Positions 60,590 through 64,000 of a stretch of 64,000 nucleotides of DNA are shown here, piece after piece. The notes beneath the pieces are model-generated. The model was given only the letters and a program-made list of their open reading frames with translations, was not told where the DNA came from and ran no database searches. Source of the DNA: an uncultured Candidatus Saccharibacteria bacterium. Its GTDB lineage: Bacteria; Patescibacteriota; UBA1384; CAILIB01; JAUSJZ01. The position numbers and the translations under genes were made by a program. Each line of letters starts with the position of its first letter. The first letter of the stretch is position 1. Location: positions 7,267 through 71,266 of the forward strand of contig CAYQWZ010000001.1 of assembly GCA_964421635.1 (NCBI GenBank). Reading direction: 5' to 3'.

Positions 60590-61189
60590 ATGAAGAATTT
60601 AACTCGTCGGCAGCAAGAAATCCTCTCATATATAAAAGATTGTTTTATTGAAAATGGTATCGCTCCAAGCTTTAGAGAAATTGGGCAGCACTTTGGCTTA
60701 TCTTCTACGGCTACTGTTTCAGAACACATTGATACTCTAAAAGAGAAAGGCTATCTAACATCTGAAAGTCATCTGGCTCGTTCTATCTCTTTGACTGAAG
60801 ATCCTCTAGCCAATGCAATCTCTGTACCATTATTAGGAGCAATTGCCGCTGGGCAGCCAATTGAAGCTATTCGTACTCATGAAACTATCGACATTCCGCA
60901 CGACATGGCCAATAAAAACACCTTTGCTTTACGAGTCAGCGGTAACTCAATGGTAGAAGATTCTATTTTAGATGGAGATTATGTGATTATTGAAGCCACC
61001 TCCAATATTAAAGATGGCGATATTGTTGTGGCTTTGGTTGACGATGGAGATGTAACACTAAAAAGATTTTATAAAGAATCAAACGGAATTAGACTGCAAC
61101 CAGCCAACTCTTCAATGCAACCGTTATTTGTTAAGAAAGCTTCTATTCAAGGTAAGGTCAAAGGGGTAATTCGACGTTTCCCCTTCTAG
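60590..61189 (+). CDS. lexA: LexA repressor
   Basis: N-terminal wHTH LTRRQQEILSYIKD..FREIGQ; cleavage-site region; S24 peptidase Ser (VSGNSM) and Lys (TLKRF). Confidence 0.9.
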   Translation: MKNLTRRQQEILSYIKDCFIENGIAPSFREIGQHFGLSSTATVSEHIDTLKEKGYLTSESHLARSISLTEDPLANAISVPLLGAIAAGQPIEAIRTHETIDIPHDMANKNTFALRVSGNSMVEDSILDGDYVIIEATSNIKDGDIVVALVDDGDVTLKRFYKESNGIRLQPANSSMQPLFVKKASIQGKVKGVIRRFPF

Positions 61190-61219
61190 TTCTTGTGCTT
61201 TTTTGTGTACTATAGGTAT

Positions 61220-61921
61220 ATGAGTAAAAAATCAATGGATATAGAACATCCTAGGTATGATTCGAATTTGAATGAATCTACTAAGGATGTACCAAAAAGA
61301 ACTAATATAAATAATGTGAACAGCAAAAAAACTGCATCTAAAAATACACCTGTAGTGAATAAGGCCAATCCTACTAAAAATAATAACGGTTCAAATGACA
61401 ACTTCTGGCCAATTTATTTGATAGGAATTATTATTGTGGCAATTTTAGCTTTCTTCGGAGTAAGAGCTGCTTCATCGCTGTTTGATGTTTGGACAGATCT
61501 TGATCCTTCAAAATTGGATGAGGCAGAGAATGTTGAGTCGGTTGAACCAGCCGAAACAGAAGATGAAGCCGCTGCCGCCAATGAAAGTTCACCAGCACTT
61601 GAATTAGTTGAAAAAGAAGCTGAAGAAACGAAAGTGGTAATCGACAAATCCTCCTTAAAAATTAAGGTACTCAATGGTAGTGGAGTCAGCGGAGCAGCTC
61701 AAGCAGGTAAAGATCTGCTAGAAGAGAAAGGCTACAGTGTCGATTCAACAGGTAACGCTAAAACTTTTAACTACGATTCCACCATGGTTTATTATGTTGG
61801 AGGAAAAGAGAAGGAGGCGCAGTTAGTAGCCGATAGCATTAGTGATAAATATGAATCTTCAATAGAAGAAAACAGCGTCGCGGAAGGATACGACGTTTTA
61901 GTTGTAATAGGTAAAAAATAA
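61220..61921 (+). CDS. Single-pass membrane protein with C-terminal LytR_C (LytR/CpsA/Psr C-terminal) domain, downstream of lexA
   Basis: Basic Asn/Lys-rich cytoplasmic N-terminus, one TM (IYLIGIIIVAILAFF), acidic linker, then KVLNGSGVSGAAQAGKDLLEEKGYSV..YDSTMVYYV LytR_C pattern. Confidence 0.65.
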   Translation: MSKKSMDIEHPRYDSNLNESTKDVPKRTNINNVNSKKTASKNTPVVNKANPTKNNNGSNDNFWPIYLIGIIIVAILAFFGVRAASSLFDVWTDLDPSKLDEAENVESVEPAETEDEAAAANESSPALELVEKEAEETKVVIDKSSLKIKVLNGSGVSGAAQAGKDLLEEKGYSVDSTGNAKTFNYDSTMVYYVGGKEKEAQLVADSISDKYESSIEENSVAEGYDVLVVIGKK

Positions 61922-61923
61922 TA

Positions 61924-63132
61924 ATGAGTGAAACAAATACAAACAATGGGGATATTTTAGATACGCCAAATAAATTTTCTAACAAACTTAAGGAAGCTTG
62001 GAAAAAAGTAAAAAGCCTTTTTACAATTCCTAAAGACCCAATAAAGAAGAAAAAGTTTTTAGTTATTTGGGGTGTTGTAATAGCCATTGTTATTGGTGCT
62101 TTGGCTGCTTTTGCTATGCAACTTTCAAATATTGATTTATCTTCTAAAGAAGGATTATTCGGTAGCGACTTCAAACTCAGTGAAAAACAAGAAGTCTCCG
62201 ATTTAGACGGCATTAAATACGACGCAGAGGTTGCCAATAGAAGGCCCATTGCTGTTATGGTAGAGAATCACCCTGATGCTCGACCGCAGTATGGTTTGAC
62301 TCGAGCTAGCATTGTATATGAATCAATTGCTGAAGGAGGAATAACTAGATATATGGCGATATTCGGCCCTAAAGATGCTGACCGAGTTGGCCCTATTCGC
62401 AGTGCCAGAACTTATTTCGTTGAATGGATGTTCGAATACAACGCCATTTACGCTCATGCAGGAGGAGCTGCTGACGCCCTTGATTTGCTACGCACTGAGC
62501 GGGCCGGAGAAGGCAATATTGATCATGCAGGTCAACCAGTCATGTGGCGTGAAAGAAGAGGTAATGAAGCATCTGAGCACACGCTGTACGGCAGCACAGT
62601 TTTCATGCGGTCCTACTCAAAAGATGTTAATTGGGAACAAGATGCAGATTTTATACCATGGCTATTTAAAGATCTAGATAATCGTAGCGAAGAAGAAAGA
62701 TCTAAAGAGGCTATCACTGATATTCATATTCCATTCTCTGGTTCTTATAAAGTTGATTACAAATATGATGCATCAGACAACACTTGGGCACGAAGCTTGG
62801 CTGGTAAACCAGATATTGATGTCGCAACAGATGAGCAAATTAAGCCAACAAATATTGTAGTGCTTAGCATTGGCCGGTCTGAAGTTAGCTCAGCTGGTAA
62901 AACTGTCGGACAGCTAGATTTATTTACCAAAGGAGAAGCGTTGGTCTTTCAAGATGGAATGGTAACCGAAGGATACTGGAAGAAAGAGGGAAGCGGTAAG
63001 AAGACAAAGGTATTTGATGATAATAACAAAGAGATTCGCTTAACACCCGGACAGACCTTTGTGACCGTTATTCAACCGAGTATGACAGTAACATACGATG
63101 AAGCTACTACCGATTCCAATAGCGCCCAATAA
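61924..63132 (+). CDS. DUF3048 (YerB-like) domain protein, membrane-anchored
   Basis: N-terminal TM; PIAVMVENHPDARPQYGLTRASIVYESIAEGGITRYMAIF is the characteristic DUF3048 N-domain. Confidence 0.7.
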   Translation: MSETNTNNGDILDTPNKFSNKLKEAWKKVKSLFTIPKDPIKKKKFLVIWGVVIAIVIGALAAFAMQLSNIDLSSKEGLFGSDFKLSEKQEVSDLDGIKYDAEVANRRPIAVMVENHPDARPQYGLTRASIVYESIAEGGITRYMAIFGPKDADRVGPIRSARTYFVEWMFEYNAIYAHAGGAADALDLLRTERAGEGNIDHAGQPVMWRERRGNEASEHTLYGSTVFMRSYSKDVNWEQDADFIPWLFKDLDNRSEEERSKEAITDIHIPFSGSYKVDYKYDASDNTWARSLAGKPDIDVATDEQIKPTNIVVLSIGRSEVSSAGKTVGQLDLFTKGEALVFQDGMVTEGYWKKEGSGKKTKVFDDNNKEIRLTPGQTFVTVIQPSMTVTYDEATTDSNSAQ

Positions 63133-63150
63133 CCTTACATTTAGACAAAC

Positions 63151-63180
63151 AAAAAGACGGCTCTAAGCCGTCTTTTTGTT
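63151..63180. terminator. Bidirectional intrinsic terminator between convergent genes
   Basis: AAAAAGACGGC-tctaa-GCCGTCTTTTT, flanked by A-run and T-run. Confidence 0.7.
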
Positions 63181-63900
63181 TTATCGAGCCCAGCATCCTT
63201 TTGAGGCATTCCAAGGTCTGGTACCTTGAACACTCAGAACATATGCCGTAGCTTCAATATTTATTTCTCCTTCAAAAGGTGATGTGTTGACATCTCTTCC
63301 CATAGATCTCATAGTTGATCTCCAAGTAGAAGCGATAAACTGCCCGTATCCAGAAGCTGTAGAATACTTATTTTTAGCGTACTGATTATAGCCAGATTCA
63401 CAGGCAATAATAGTACTCATTAAGTTATAATCAACTCCATACTGCTCAGCGTATTTGGCAGTTAAGCCCAAAGCCTCATTAACACTCATTCCAGTATTGC
63501 TGCGACCACTACGAGCTAAAACGAATCGCTCAGCCTCAGCTTTAGTAGCTTGTGCTTTCTCTTCCGCTTCGCGTCTTGCACGCTCTTCTTTCTCTTTTTG
63601 TTCACGAACTTCTCTTTCAGTATTGCTTTCACCAACTCTGACATCAATCCTTGGTTTATTAACTTCTAACAAATGGATTGGCGCCTCATCAATAGGCAAT
63701 AAAGCAATGACTGCGGTTACTTCAGGGTTAGTAACCGATTTATTGGCCGCTAGGGCCATTTCAGATACTGCTGGAGCCATTAGCATTTGCCCTACTAATG
63801 ACCAAGCAAGTACCTTCTCCAAGAAAATTTTTACTTTCCTAGTTTGCTGATTTTTACCCCTTTTAAAGGAGATAAAATAATCATTTATTGTTCTTTTCAT
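63181..63900 (-). CDS. Transglycosylase-like (Rpf/YabE-type lysozyme-like) domain protein with N-terminal anchor and charged coiled-coil linker
   Basis: C-terminal CESGYNQYAKN..ASGYGQFIASTW..ATAYVL..GTRPWNASKGCW matches the transglycosylase-like/Rpf fold (Cys..catalytic Glu..W); ATG 63900 preferred over TTG 63942. Confidence 0.65.
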   Translation of the reverse strand: MKRTINDYFISFKRGKNQQTRKVKIFLEKVLAWSLVGQMLMAPAVSEMALAANKSVTNPEVTAVIALLPIDEAPIHLLEVNKPRIDVRVGESNTEREVREQKEKEERARREAEEKAQATKAEAERFVLARSGRSNTGMSVNEALGLTAKYAEQYGVDYNLMSTIIACESGYNQYAKNKYSTASGYGQFIASTWRSTMRSMGRDVNTSPFEGEINIEATAYVLSVQGTRPWNASKGCWAR

Positions 63901-64000
63901 AATTGAAAAATGAGAGGTAATTCCTCTCACTTTACGAGCCAAATTATACCAAAATTAGGGCTCTTTGTCAAGCCCTAGAGCCAGTTTCGAAAATTGCTCA

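Noticed and set aside
63455-63850. 131-aa plus-strand ORF inside the Rpf-like gene and other 60-140 aa antisense ORFs within rpoB, rpoC, tuf, secY and elsewhere
   Set aside because: They are all embedded antisense within strongly supported conserved genes, have low-complexity Ser/Leu/Phe-rich translations typical of shadow ORFs, and have no start context.
1-64000. Alternative genetic code (UGA recoded as in some CPR lineages)
   Set aside because: Long conserved genes (rpoB, rpoC, leuS, pheT) read through cleanly under the standard code. They terminate at TAA/TAG/TGA exactly where homology ends, and leuS stops at TGA, so UGA is not recoded.
1-64000. CRISPR arrays, transposases, integrases, prophage or known defence-system genes
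   Set aside because: No regularly spaced direct repeats, no DDE/tyrosine-recombinase-like ORFs, no terminal inverted repeats bounding a block. Gene content is almost entirely core housekeeping.
63943-64000. Hairpin AGGGCT-ctttgtca-AGCCCT at the window edge
   Set aside because: It may be a minus-strand terminator (a T-rich run follows on that strand) for a gene beyond the window. This cannot be evaluated without the flanking sequence.

Overview
This 64 kb window reads as a core chromosomal region of a low-GC (~38%) small-genome bacterium, most likely a CPR/Patescibacteria-like organism; the lineage assignment is inference. The plus strand carries the 3' end of infB, an M23/LysM peptidase, obg, and then one uninterrupted informational superoperon: rpoB-rpoC-rpsL-rpsG-fusA-tuf, the S10/spc/alpha ribosomal block, secY, a LysM-protein insert, adk-map-infA-rpmJ-rpsM-rpsK-rpsD-rpoA-rplQ-rplM-rpsI, and then pheS-pheT and a DacA-like PBP. 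No rpmD (L30) gene is present. A minus-strand block follows (rnc-nusB-rpmF-leuS, two hypotheticals, tRNA-Ala(GGC), eno, a PGI/PMI-like SIS protein, a glutaredoxin-CcdA-like membrane protein and a DUF192 protein). After it come tsaC, tRNA-Leu(CAA), a compositionally atypical 164-aa gene with its own consensus promoter and terminator, a sortase, murA-mreB, a GT2 gene, an O-antigen-ligase/WecB-TagA fusion, nusA, clpC-like, hisS, a SpoU methylase, a beta-CASP nuclease, and a lexA-(TM LytR_C protein)-DUF3048 cluster convergent with an Rpf-like transglycosylase. Two small ribosomal protein genes missing from the ORF track (rpmJ, rpmF) were found by direct reading. I found no CRISPR array, transposase, integrase or recognisable defence system. 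The most unusual loci are the R/H-rich orphan gene next to tRNA-Leu and the lexA-linked membrane-protein operon.
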